DNA of 64,000 nucleotides, taken from contig OX597815.1 of assembly GCA_951406725.2 (NCBI GenBank), positions 73,532,001 to 73,596,000 of the forward strand, read 5' to 3'. This document shows, piece by piece, positions 53,391 to 64,000 of this stretch. Below the pieces are notes generated by a model. The model was given only the letters and a program-made list of their open reading frames with translations. It searched no databases and was not told where the DNA came from. Source of the DNA: Octopus vulgaris. Its lineage: Eukaryota. Position 1 is the stretch's first letter, and the number at the start of each line of letters is the position of its first letter. The translations under genes were made by a program, and so were the position numbers.

Positions 53391-56123
53391 TCTTGTGAGC
53401 TACTTGTCTTGTGACCTCACCAGTGCTGGCGCCATGAAAAAGAAGCACCCAGTCCACTCTGTGAAACGGTTGGTATTAGAAAGGGTATGCAACTATAGAG
53501 CCCATACCAAAACAGACATTGGAGTTGAGCCCATGCCGGCATGGAAAAGGGGATGATTAATAATAACGATACTGATTATGATGATTGAGTATAACACACA
53601 TAAGTGAAAAGCAAGGCTGGGAAAGATGATTACAGAAACTTTTGATTAATAATTAACACTGAGCTAAATGAAAAACAAATATGGTAAGACATCAGTATTT
53701 TTGCTAATTGAATTAACAAGACAAGATAGGAAAAGAAAGAAACAAAAAAAAATAATTAATGATTGTATTTAGAAAATATATTACCCCAAATCTGACATGG
53801 CAAGATTGTATTTACCATGAATACAAGGAGGAACGGAGGCAACTAGAAAATTACAATGAAATATCTACTGTAGGACTTGAGAAATTATCTGTTAAAGAAT
53901 AAAAGGAAACTAATAGGAGAAACTATGATGATGATGGACAAAACATAAAAACTTTATCATCTTCAAGGAAGTCAAGAAATATCTAAAATAGGAAGAGGGA
54001 AATGTTGGGAGAATGAAGAAATAAGGATAGGAGCTATTAAAAGCTAAATTATATACAGACAATAACAAGGAAAGACCATCTACTTCAACACTCAACAACA
54101 ACAACAATGGCAACAGCACCACCACTACTGCCATTTTAACATCTTCTTTCCCATGACAGCATGGAGAAGATGTTACAATGGAAGTGGAGGTGATGAAAAA
54201 AGGCTGCCCCAGCTAGTAGCTGATATTTATTTTCAACTGAGTAGATTGAACTAATGCAAAATAAAAAGTCTTGCTTAAGGACACAAAGAGCTTCTCATTT
54301 GGTTACAACCATTAGCCTGTAACCCTTACAACTTAGCCACAAACCGTGTAAAATCTACAACTGTTCTGTTTGTTCTCTTATTCACTTACTTGTTTCAGCC
54401 TTTGGCTGCATCCATGCTGGAGCACCATCTTAAAGGGTCATAGTCGAAGAAATCCACCCTAGGACTTATTCTTTGTAAATCTAGCACTTATTCTATTAGT
54501 CTCTTTTGCTGAACTGCTAAGTTAAGGGAATGTAAACATACCAGCATTGGTTGTCAAGCGATAGTAGACACAAAGACAATGAGCTTCTTTCAGTTTTTGT
54601 CTACCAAATCCATTCACAAAGTTTTGATCAGGCCAAGACTATAGTAGAAAACACTTGCCCAAGGAGTGACGTAATGGGACTGAACCCGGAACCATGTGGT
54701 TGGGAAGCAAGCCTCTTACCACACAGCCACGCCTTCACCTGTTTGTTCACTTTTCGTTTTTTATAGGCAGGTTTTTTTATTTAGTTAAGCAAAATGCCTT
54801 TCCTATCACCAATCACTCTTTGGGATGGACACTGGGCATTTTAGTGTGACACCAGCACTAAACAGGTTGCTTGTTTGTTCAAAGATTTAAAACATTTCAA
54901 AGAGAGTAAAACTAAAAGAATAATATTTTTCAAGGGAAACTTAGTTGAAACACAAATATTCCTTTCTACTATAGGCACAAGGCCCGGAATTTTGGAAGCA
55001 GGGGGCTAGTTGATGGATGAAATGCTGCTAAGAGTTGAAATACAAATATTGGCATCAAATTTTTGACACAAGGCCAGCAATTTCAAGGGAGGGGGACTAG
55101 CCAATTACAATGCTCAACAGGTACTTATTTTATCAATCCCCCAAAACGATGAAAGGTAAAGTCAGCTTCAGCGGAATTTGAACTCAAGATGTAAAGATGG
55201 ATGGAACACTGCTAAGAGTCGAATTACAAATATTGGTTTAGAATTTTTGGCACAAGGCCAGTAGTTTCAGGGGTTGGGGAAAATTGATTACATCGACCCC
55301 AGTACTCAACTGGTACTTATTTTATCAAATCCAAAAAGATGAACGGCAAAGCCAACTTTGGTGGAATTTGAACTCAGAACATAAAGGCAGACGAAATGCT
55401 GCTAAGAGTTGAAATACAAATATTAAAAACTAAAATGTTATTTGTACAACAGACAACAACTTCAACAAACAAACAAACATTTTCTCTCAAGATGTCTCCC
55501 AGAGGATGCAAAATTCTACATCTAAACATAAGTGCCAGTGGTGATTTAGAAATAGCTAATAATGTTCTTTCTTTTATGATAAGAAAGTGTTTAATAACTT
55601 ATCACATGGTGTGCAATTTAGATGTAAACAGTAAGCACACAAGATGCAGAGTAAAACAGCAAACCCTCTGCTTAGCTGTATTCATGAGGGTTGTGTGGTT
55701 AGACACTGGATCAAATCGGATTTGAAGGAATATGAGACAAAGGGAGAACCTCTGTGTGATTGATAAGACTATATGTATGTATGTATGTGTGTGTGTGTCT
55801 GTGTGTGTGTCTGTGTGTATGTATGTATGTATGTGTGTGTATAAAAGTTGGAGGATGTATTTAGCATCCAAATGCTTTGAGTGTTTGGCAAAAAAACAAC
55901 AAAAAATGGTTTGGAAACGATACTTTATTGTATCAATCACACCTAGATTAAAAGGAGTCAGAAAAGGATCCACAGCAATTGCCCTTCCTTGAACCAACTA
56001 AATAAAAAAACAAAATGCAATTATGTCTATGATTACTAACTCAAACCATTAACCAGTTGACCATCTGTGTTTCTCCTTTTGAAAATCAGAAATAAATAAA
56101 AGTTGTCTAAAGTCAAATCTTAC

Positions 56124-56241
56124 CTGAGCAGCCGTAAGAGAAGGTAATTTTCCCTCATCAGGCATTTCAGTAAATGGTTCCTCTAAGATATTCTTTTTCA
56201 ACATTTGAAACAGCAATTTGATGTGGGAATTACGGTTTTTT
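56124..56241 (-). CDS. CEP112: CEP112-like coding exon 3 ((R)KNRNSHIKLLFQMLKKNILEEPFTEMPDEGKLPSLTAAQ)
   Basis: Acceptor ctgtttcag|, donor CAG|GTAAGA; 118 nt, phase 2 to 0; matches the RKNRN.Y.KLL..ML....LEGPF...P..G.L pattern of DUF4485. Confidence 0.92.
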
Positions 56242-57674
56242 CTGAAACAGATAGAAAGAAATTTATGCTCTAATACAGTATTTCTGAACCGTTTTTTGTC
56301 TATGGACCCTTTTGATTCCTATTTGACTCTACTGGACCTTCATAACCATTCAATGTTTCAAAAAATCCTGTTATATTTTTGTAATTAAATATTAGGATTT
56401 GTATTTTTAAAAAAACTGTTAACATATTTTATGCATTGTATACATATAAGAAATTTTAATTGCAGATATATTTTAAAAACCAAATCTTATATGGGCCCCC
56501 AAGAGCCATGTGGACCCCAGTTGAGAATCACTGATATTATAAGAATTAGACTATGTTTCTTTTGTAATTTTTTGCCTTTTGATCAGAAGCAGGTATACCC
56601 TTAGTGTTGCTGTTGTTGTCATCATTTAATGAGTATTTTTCTGAGTTTGCAAAGGTCGACCAAGACTATGCTGGGGTACAGTTTTTCTGCAGCTTGATCT
56701 CTCCTACCTGGCACCAGCAGTCACCTTTTCTTAAGTATGGTAACAATGACCCCCTCCTCCCCAATACATCAGTCAACAGCATCAGAGAATCACAAAATGT
56801 TGTAATCTGATATGTTTCACTGAGATTAGCCAACAGAAAACTTATACCTAAATATACATGAAAATTCATATCTCAGATGCAAACATAGATATGTAGCTAA
56901 ATGAGTTTGCTTTCTAACCATGTGAATTTAGGTTCAGTCTAACTGTGTGGTACCTTGGGCTAATGTTTTCTACTATAGCCCTGAGCTGAGCAAAGCTTTA
57001 TGAGAGTAGTTGGCATATGGAAACTAATGTGTCTGCATGTGTGTATGTATGTGTGTGCACACACATGTATATGTGTGTGTGTGCACGTGTGTGTGTATGT
57101 GTGCATGTGTGTGTATGTGTCTGTGCATGAGTACTTATGGCCCATCTTGACATAATTAAATAATTGTAAATGAGTGCCACTTCATGCACATGGTATCATT
57201 CACGTCCAATCATATCAGGGCATAGGTGAGGAAAAAATACCATGCTTGGAAACAAGTGGGGGGTTGGAAACAGGAAGGGCATCCATTGAAAAAGAATCTC
57301 ACTTGAATTCTGTTTGACCCATTCAAGCATAAGAAAGTCAACATTAATGATGACAATGATGGCCATCACCACCACTACTATGTTATCATCATCATGTAAT
57401 ATAGTGGCTTAAAAATGACACTTAGTTGAGAGTTTTATTTCTCATATTTTCAATGAATAATATTTTCTTGTATTTGCACTACATTAAAATCCATTAACAG
57501 TGGGGCACAAATAAATGACTGAATTGATTTCAGTACATGTGCTAACCTTTATTTCACTGACCCCAGAAGCAAGAATGTTAAAGTCAGCTCTAGAGAGATT
57601 TGAAATCAATAGCAGAGGAACAGAGTTAGATAAGGAAAGGTGTTGTTGCCTATCTGTTGGAATGCACCATCTTT

Positions 57675-58048
57675 ATTATCTCCACCTTAGTGAAGGTGGA
57701 GGTATTGTTTTCAGTCATGTTTGTCTGTTTGTCCATGGACAAGATATCTCAAGAACTACTGGATGGATTTAGATGAAAATTTCATGGATGTTTAGCATCG
57801 TGACTGGCATGAACTGATAAGATTTTGGGATCAATCCAGTACCGGACAAGGATTCTGGATTATTTTTCCTGTTTTTTTTTTTTTTACTTAATTTTTGAGA
57901 GTGGTCGGGTTCATTTTTAGTATTCTTATTTGTGATAGTAGTCAAGTTTATTTAAGATATTTTCATTTTAAAAATCATCTCTAGTTAATCATTGAGATGA
58001 CATTGGTGTTGCCTTGGCAGAGGTTTGTGCTCTCTGAGTGCTCTTGTT
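57675..58048 (+). mobile_element. Helentron-associated (HINE/DINE-1-like) element, short form
   Basis: ctccacctt-agtg-aaggtggag 5' hairpin, GTTT/GTCT repeats, 3' ggcagaggt and gc.ctc.tgagtgc hairpin, T-rich ends. Confidence 0.75.
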
Positions 58049-58574
58049 TTAATTAATTTTGAAAATAATGAAGATAAAATTTCAACTTTTGGCACAAGGC
58101 CAGCAATTTCAAGGAGGTGGGGGGTAAATCAATTACGTTAACTCTAGTATTCAGCTGGTACTTATTTTATCAACCCCAAATGGTTGGAAGGGTAAATTGA
58201 CCTCAGTGGAATTTGAACTCAGGACATAAAAACGGATGAAATACTGCTAAGCATTTTGCCCGGCATGCTAACGATTCTACCAGCTTGCTGCCATAAAATC
58301 ATTATTAAGCTGATGGTTGGGACATAAATGAACATCCATCCATCCATTCAACCTCTCTGACCGCTATTCCTGAAAGGGTTGTGGTGGGGTAGAGTCATCA
58401 GACACCTCCTCTATAGAGTCCTATCTGCTAGTGGAACATCACTGAGACACGAAATTCTAATTTAAGTCACTTCAAAATAAAAAAGTTTGTACCATAGAAT
58501 CAGGAGCAGTATCAGACAGGTTGGTATCAAAAGGATTAAATGAAAATTTAAAGAATTGTTACTGAATACCATAC

Positions 58575-58638
58575 CTAGATGCAATTCCAGACACAGGTAG
58601 ACAGAGCTTTCTAATCCACACAGCTGCATAATTCCGAT
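58575..58638 (-). CDS. CEP112: CEP112-like coding exon 2 ((H)RNYAAVWIRKLCLPVSGIAS(R))
   Basis: Acceptor ttctttcttcag|, donor AG|GTATGG; 64 nt, phase 1 to 2, in frame with both neighbours; contains the WIRKLC motif of CEP112. Confidence 0.9.
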
Positions 58639-58696
58639 CTGAAGAAAGAAAAATACATACATATGTATGTCTGTGTTTATGTGTGTGTATATGTAT

Positions 58697-58870
58697 ATAT
58701 TTGTAAAAATGAGTAGAGATGGCTTTTGGTGGGGATAATTTTTATTTTAATGATAATGTTTACAGTTACTCTGAGTTTCGAGCTTGAAACTCATTAGAAT
58801 AACTGTAAACATTATCATTAAAATAAAAATTATCCCTCCAAAAGCCATCTCTACTCATTTTTCCAAATAT
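58697..58870. repeat. ~175-bp near-perfect palindrome
   Basis: aaaaatgagtagagatggcttttgg...gagtttc-gagctt-gaaactc...ccaaaagccatctctactcattttt, with few mismatches. Confidence 0.95.
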
Positions 58871-58909
58871 ATTATACTGTACCAAGAATTTTTTTCTTGT
58901 ATTCTACTG

Positions 58910-58995
<86 letters not shown>

Positions 58996-59800
58996 TTAGC
59001 TTAGGCATAGTAATACCAATTTACAAGTTGTTTTCACCACCATCATCATTTTCATTTAATGTCTGTTTTCCATGCTGGCATAGGTAGGACGGTTTGACTG
59101 AAAACTGGTAAGCTGGAGAGCTGTACCAGGTTCCAATCTGATTTGGCATGGTTTCTACAGCTGGATGCCCTTTCTAATGCCAACAACTCCAAAAGTGTAA
59201 TTTTATAATTCTGTTTAGGAGCAGCAATACTAATAATGTTATATATATATATATATATATATATAACAGATGTGGCTGTGTGGTAAGAAACACAATTTCC
59301 AACTACATGGTTTGGTTCAGGGTTCAGTACAAATATATTTTATAACTTCGCTTAGGCATAGCAATACTACTAACTTCTTATATACATATATAAATATATA
59401 TGTATTTCTTTTTATCTGCTTACTTGTTTCAGTCAGGACACTGTGGTCATGCTGGAGCACTGCCTTGAAGAATTTTAGTTGAATGAATCAATTCTAGTAA
59501 TTATTCTATCAGTTTCTTTTGCTGAAACACTAAGTCACAGCAACATAAACACACCAGAACCGGTTGTCAAGTGGTGGTGGGGGACAAACACAGACACAAA
59601 GACATAAACACAAACACAGATATATATACATATATATATTTTTTTATATATATATACATAACGACCTTGAACCCACAAGAGTAAACAAGAGAGACAGAGA
59701 CAGGCAGAAACAAGGAAAATGCCACTTGTATTTGAACACTATACAAATATTCTTTTAAAAAAACTTTTCTTTTAATTTTTCTAAATTTAATTGTTTAATT

Positions 59801-59844
59801 GTTTCAGTTGAAAAAGTCTCAATGACTGAAACTGGTATTGAAAT
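59801..59844 (+). ncRNA. Minimal type-I hammerhead ribozyme motif with U3-A8 core
   Basis: UUUCAG-UUGAAAA-AGUC(ucaau)GACU-GAAA-CUGG-UA-UUGAAA: 6-bp stem I, 4-bp stem II, GUA site; lies in a ~240-bp insert between TA repeats. Confidence 0.65.
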
Positions 59845-62076
59845 GTTTTTTATAAAATTATCTTAGCATTTTCTATCTTCACTTTTTTTCCATATATATA
59901 TATATATAACAGACATGGTTATGTGGTAAGAAGATTGATTCCCAACTACATGGTTCAATCCCATTGTGTGGCACCTTACGCAAGTATCTTCTACGATAGC
60001 CTTAGGCTGACCAAAGCCTTGCAAATGGATTTGGTAGACATAAACTGAAAGAAGCTAATTGTATACATGTATGTGTGAGTGTGTGTCTTTGAGTCTGTGT
60101 CTGTCCCACACCGCCATTTGACAACCAGTGCTGGTATGCTTACATCCCTGTAACTTAGCAGTTCAGCAAAAAAAAAAAAATAAATAAAATAAGTTCCAAG
60201 CTTTAATAAAATAACTACTGGGATTGATACATTCCTCAAGGGCAGTACTCCAACATGGCTGAAAAAAGTAAAAGATAAAAGGTATATATACGTATGCATC
60301 TAAGATAACATAGATGTTTTGTCAGAACACCAAATACTGTGTTTTAGCCTTGGAAGATCCTCTCCAACAGGAACAAAATGCATAAATGCACATACATACA
60401 TTGTAAAGTAAAAGCCACCTTTGATCATGAATGGTCATAGGATTGCACCTAGAAAGTTCCCCTCCAAAACACAAGTCTGGGCAAGGTTGTTCATGGAAAA
60501 CCAGCAGTTGCCCATGCATATCAGCCCTTCCTCTCCATGCCATCAATGTTATCGTTTTTACAGTTGAATGAACTGGAGTAACGTGAAATAAGTGTCTTGC
60601 TAAAGAACACTACACACAGCCTGGTCCAGGAATTGAACTCACTACTGCATAATTGTGAGCCTGCCACTCTAACCACTGAACCATTGTAGCAGAAGAGAAT
60701 TGTCTGTCATGGATACCAGAATTTCCACATCACATGATTTCAGTCTACTGGTCCACATGTCAGTCAAATCTCACTGCTATGATATATAGAATACCTACAT
60801 CTTTTCATCAGGCTTATTAGAATTTAATTATTAGCGACAGAAACAGTGTCAATACCAAAAAGTAATTTTTATATTCAACTTAACATGGATGCCTTGTTAG
60901 AACAATGAATATGGTGTTATGACTTTGAGAGATTCTCTCTTGTAGGTTGCTTGGTGCAAATATATAGACTTAGTGAATGCAACTGAGACAGCATTAAATT
61001 TAGAAAAACACACATATTAAAGTGAAATGAATATCGAAGCAGCAATTCATGAGAATGACAGGCATGTTTCACCTTACTCAGGGATATAACTATTTGTCAT
61101 CAGATGAAATTTGTGCTTCAATATATAGGAAACAGTAAATAAAATATTGTACTGAACTGTGAACATCTATGAAGAAATTTTCGCTCAGATAAAAACACAA
61201 TATTATGCTTTCTAATAGTGTGTATACATTTAGTATGAGACACAGATGACAATTTTAAGTTAATGTTGTTTCAGTTATATACACTGAGTTTTTATTTTGC
61301 CTGGCAAGCTTTCTGCACCTGTAGTAGGTGTCAAACATGCATAGCATTGATAAGCTCCAAATAGGGCAAAGCATATCTGTCATTGTCAGGAATCACTGCT
61401 GTGACAATCCTTGTTTTGCCCCGATATATATAGTTTTTAACACATGTATACACAAACACACACAAACACAATGTAATAGATAAGAAAACATCAAAACTGA
61501 CATGATAAAATAGGTACACTCCAATAAGTGCTCATACTGATCAAATGCCTAAAATCCAGCATTGAGTGAAGGGATACAAGATCTGTGGAAATAAGAATTG
61601 ACTAAAGGCAATGCACAGGTTGAGCTTCTGATGAGAGGGAAGGCTGTTCACATAATTTATACCTGTGCTAATTCAATTACCTTAACTTAAACTAATCTAC
61701 ATATGTATATATAGGTATAATGCAGGTAACTGCTCCTAATGAAAACATACCCAGAAACAGCTGTAAAGAATGACCGAGACTTTCCTCTCACTTACTTGCA
61801 AGGTTTCAACTAGAATTTCCAGGATTTTTTTACTTATTTAAGTTGAACCAACATGAAGGACTATTAAAATTCGCCTCTATCTCTTCAACAATGTTTCTGT
61901 ATGAATTTCTGGAATTTACACCTGTCTATGAAGAATCACTATAAAGTTTCACTCTCTGGATTCTCTTGGTTTTCTGCTAAATTTATATATTTTTATACTT
62001 CTTTCTGTATAAATATATTGTAAATGATATGAGCCTTACAACTATCCATCTTTTATCACACACACACACACACATA

Positions 62077-62386
<310 letters not shown>

Positions 62387-62505
62387 TATACATACACACA
62401 CATTTATAAATAAATGAGCTCAAACATTAAAGCTCAAGTGTTTCTTTAGAAGAAATACAACAAACACAATTTTATGTATAAATCTACAGATAAAAATTTA
62501 CTCAC

Positions 62506-62605
62506 GAGTTTTATTGTGGAGGTTCATCACATATGGTTTGATTTCAGTCAAGTATTTTTCAAATTCCTCATCCATTCTTGTATGCAAAGGTTCATGGTGA
62601 TCCAT
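62506..62605 (-). CDS. CEP112: CEP112-like gene, first coding exon (MDHHEPLHTRMDEEFEKYLTEIKPYVMNLHNKT + 1 nt)
   Basis: ATG at 62605-62603; donor C|GTGAGT at 62505; possible TAG acceptor at 62622-62620, implying an upstream non-coding exon. The peptide resembles the CEP112/DUF4485 N-terminus as recalled from memory (LDAEFDHFVVDMKPFVLKLPHRT). Confidence 0.85.
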
Positions 62606-63001
62606 AATTAATGACAGATCTATGTAATGATATTCTTCAAAGCAAGACACGCTAAAAGAATTAATCAAAAAGAATGCCAACACCATTAACAAGCAGCAGC
62701 TGATTTTAAATGTTCTTGATATATATTTTTTGTTGCTTTTTATCATATTTTTTATAAGAAAGAAAAGACAAGATTCTCCAATATATGTTAACCTTTTCAT
62801 TACCATATTTCTGTCAGAATACATTGCTTTTGTTTGGAATTTACTAAAATAACTTTGTTGTTATTAATCTGATATTTGGAGCATAAATTACCATGGAACT
62901 TTGTTGGAAGATTTTCATTTACATCACTTTAAAGTGAGAAATTTGTCATGGAAGCAGGGGCAGAGTTAGGAAGGTTGATATCAAAAGATGAAGAGGAGGA
63001 A

Positions 63002-63053
<52 letters not shown>

Positions 63054-63055
<2 letters not shown>

Positions 63056-63252
63056 GACTATATATACAATGTATAGAAGGTGGTAGAGGCCTTATACAGC
63101 TGGAAAACTATTATAAAATAACAACCATAGGACTACAAAAATATCTACTTCAGAAGCAAGGAAAACTAATACAAATAGCAGCAAAACACAAAACTGTTCT
63201 CAGTATTTAAGGAAGCTGACAAATACAAACAAGAAATCATATCACCTAACAA

Positions 63253-63283
<31 letters not shown>

Positions 63284-64000
63284 GGATGAGGAGGAGGAGG
63301 AGGAGGAGGAGAAGGAGAAGGAGAAGAAGAAGAAGAAGAAGAAGAAGAAGAAGAAGAAAAGCTATAAAAAAAATGAAATGCAAACTAAAACTAGAACAGC
63401 AACGGTCCATGATAAAACGATGGCAAGAAAAGCCCCTTCGTAGCAAATACTGGACTAAACTAAATGCAAAAGAAATAGACAAAGAAAAATCCCAGCAATG
63501 GTTGAGAAGCTCAGGACTCAAAGCAGAGCCAGAGGGATTTTTAATTGCAGCACAAGACCAAAGCCTCCCCACCAAAAATTACCAAAAACATAATGAAAAG
63601 AAACACAACAAGTAACTGCAGAATATGTGGAGATGGACAAGAAACAATAAATCATATTATCTCTGGCTGCCCATTCCTGGCTAAGAAGGAATATATTCAC
63701 AGACATGATAGAGTTGGGACCTACATACACTGGAAGCTATGCCAACATTATGGAATAACAACAGAAAAAAGATGGTATAGGCACACACCAGAATAGGTCA
63801 CAGAAAACGAGAAAGCAACCATACTCTGGGATATGCCAATACACTCAGATAAAAGAAATTAAGGCCAACTGATATAGTTGTCAGAGATCATGAAGAAAAA
63901 AAATGCCTTCTAATTGATGTATCAATACCAGCAGATGACAACATGTCTCTAAAAGAAATGGAAAAACTTTCAAAATACAAAGACCTGGAAATAGAGGTAA
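63054..64000 (+). mobile_element. 5'-truncated R4/Dong-clade RLE LINE (frameshifted; runs off the window)
   Basis: RLY...GGRGL, WLRSSGLKAEPEGFLIAAQDQSL, CRICG...ETINHIISGC (CCHC), Y..RHD.V, ILWD.PI, DIVV...LIDVSIP...K..KY.DL (RLE). Starts immediately after (AAT)n and is interrupted by a GAT/GAG/GAA microsatellite. Confidence 0.92.

Noticed and set aside
62606-62824. N-terminal extension of ORF 62498-62824 with a hydrophobic stretch
   Set aside because: CEP112 similarity starts at the ATG at 62605 and an acceptor-like TAG lies at 62620-62622, so the upstream part is probably intronic.

Overview
AT-rich, microsatellite- and SINE-dense eukaryotic DNA. The repeat families look like those of coleoid cephalopods (Octopus-like); this is inference, not a database result. 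Nearly the whole window lies inside one minus-strand host gene, a CEP112 (CCDC46/DUF4485)-like centrosomal protein gene. I could splice four coding exons in frame (62605-62506, 58638-58575, 56241-56124, 24542-24382) and found a probable further exon at 763-667. The introns hold RTE-clade LINE 3' ends, R4/Dong and Hero-like RLE-LINE relics, Gypsy integrase relics, mariner elements, piggyBac/hAT/Tc1 MITEs, Helentron-type (HINE/DINE-1-like) elements and tRNA-derived SINEs. The most notable structure is a young Neptune-type Penelope-like element (RT YLDD plus GIY-YIG, open frame) with a ~920-bp inverted pseudo-LTR and a second, 66-bp templated inversion at its 5' junction. It is accompanied by five minimal type-I hammerhead-ribozyme-like motifs spread through the introns, two independent ones carrying the compensatory U3-A8 core. 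Most ORFs in the supplied track are microsatellite or repeat artefacts. All alignments were done by eye; repeat boundaries are approximate.
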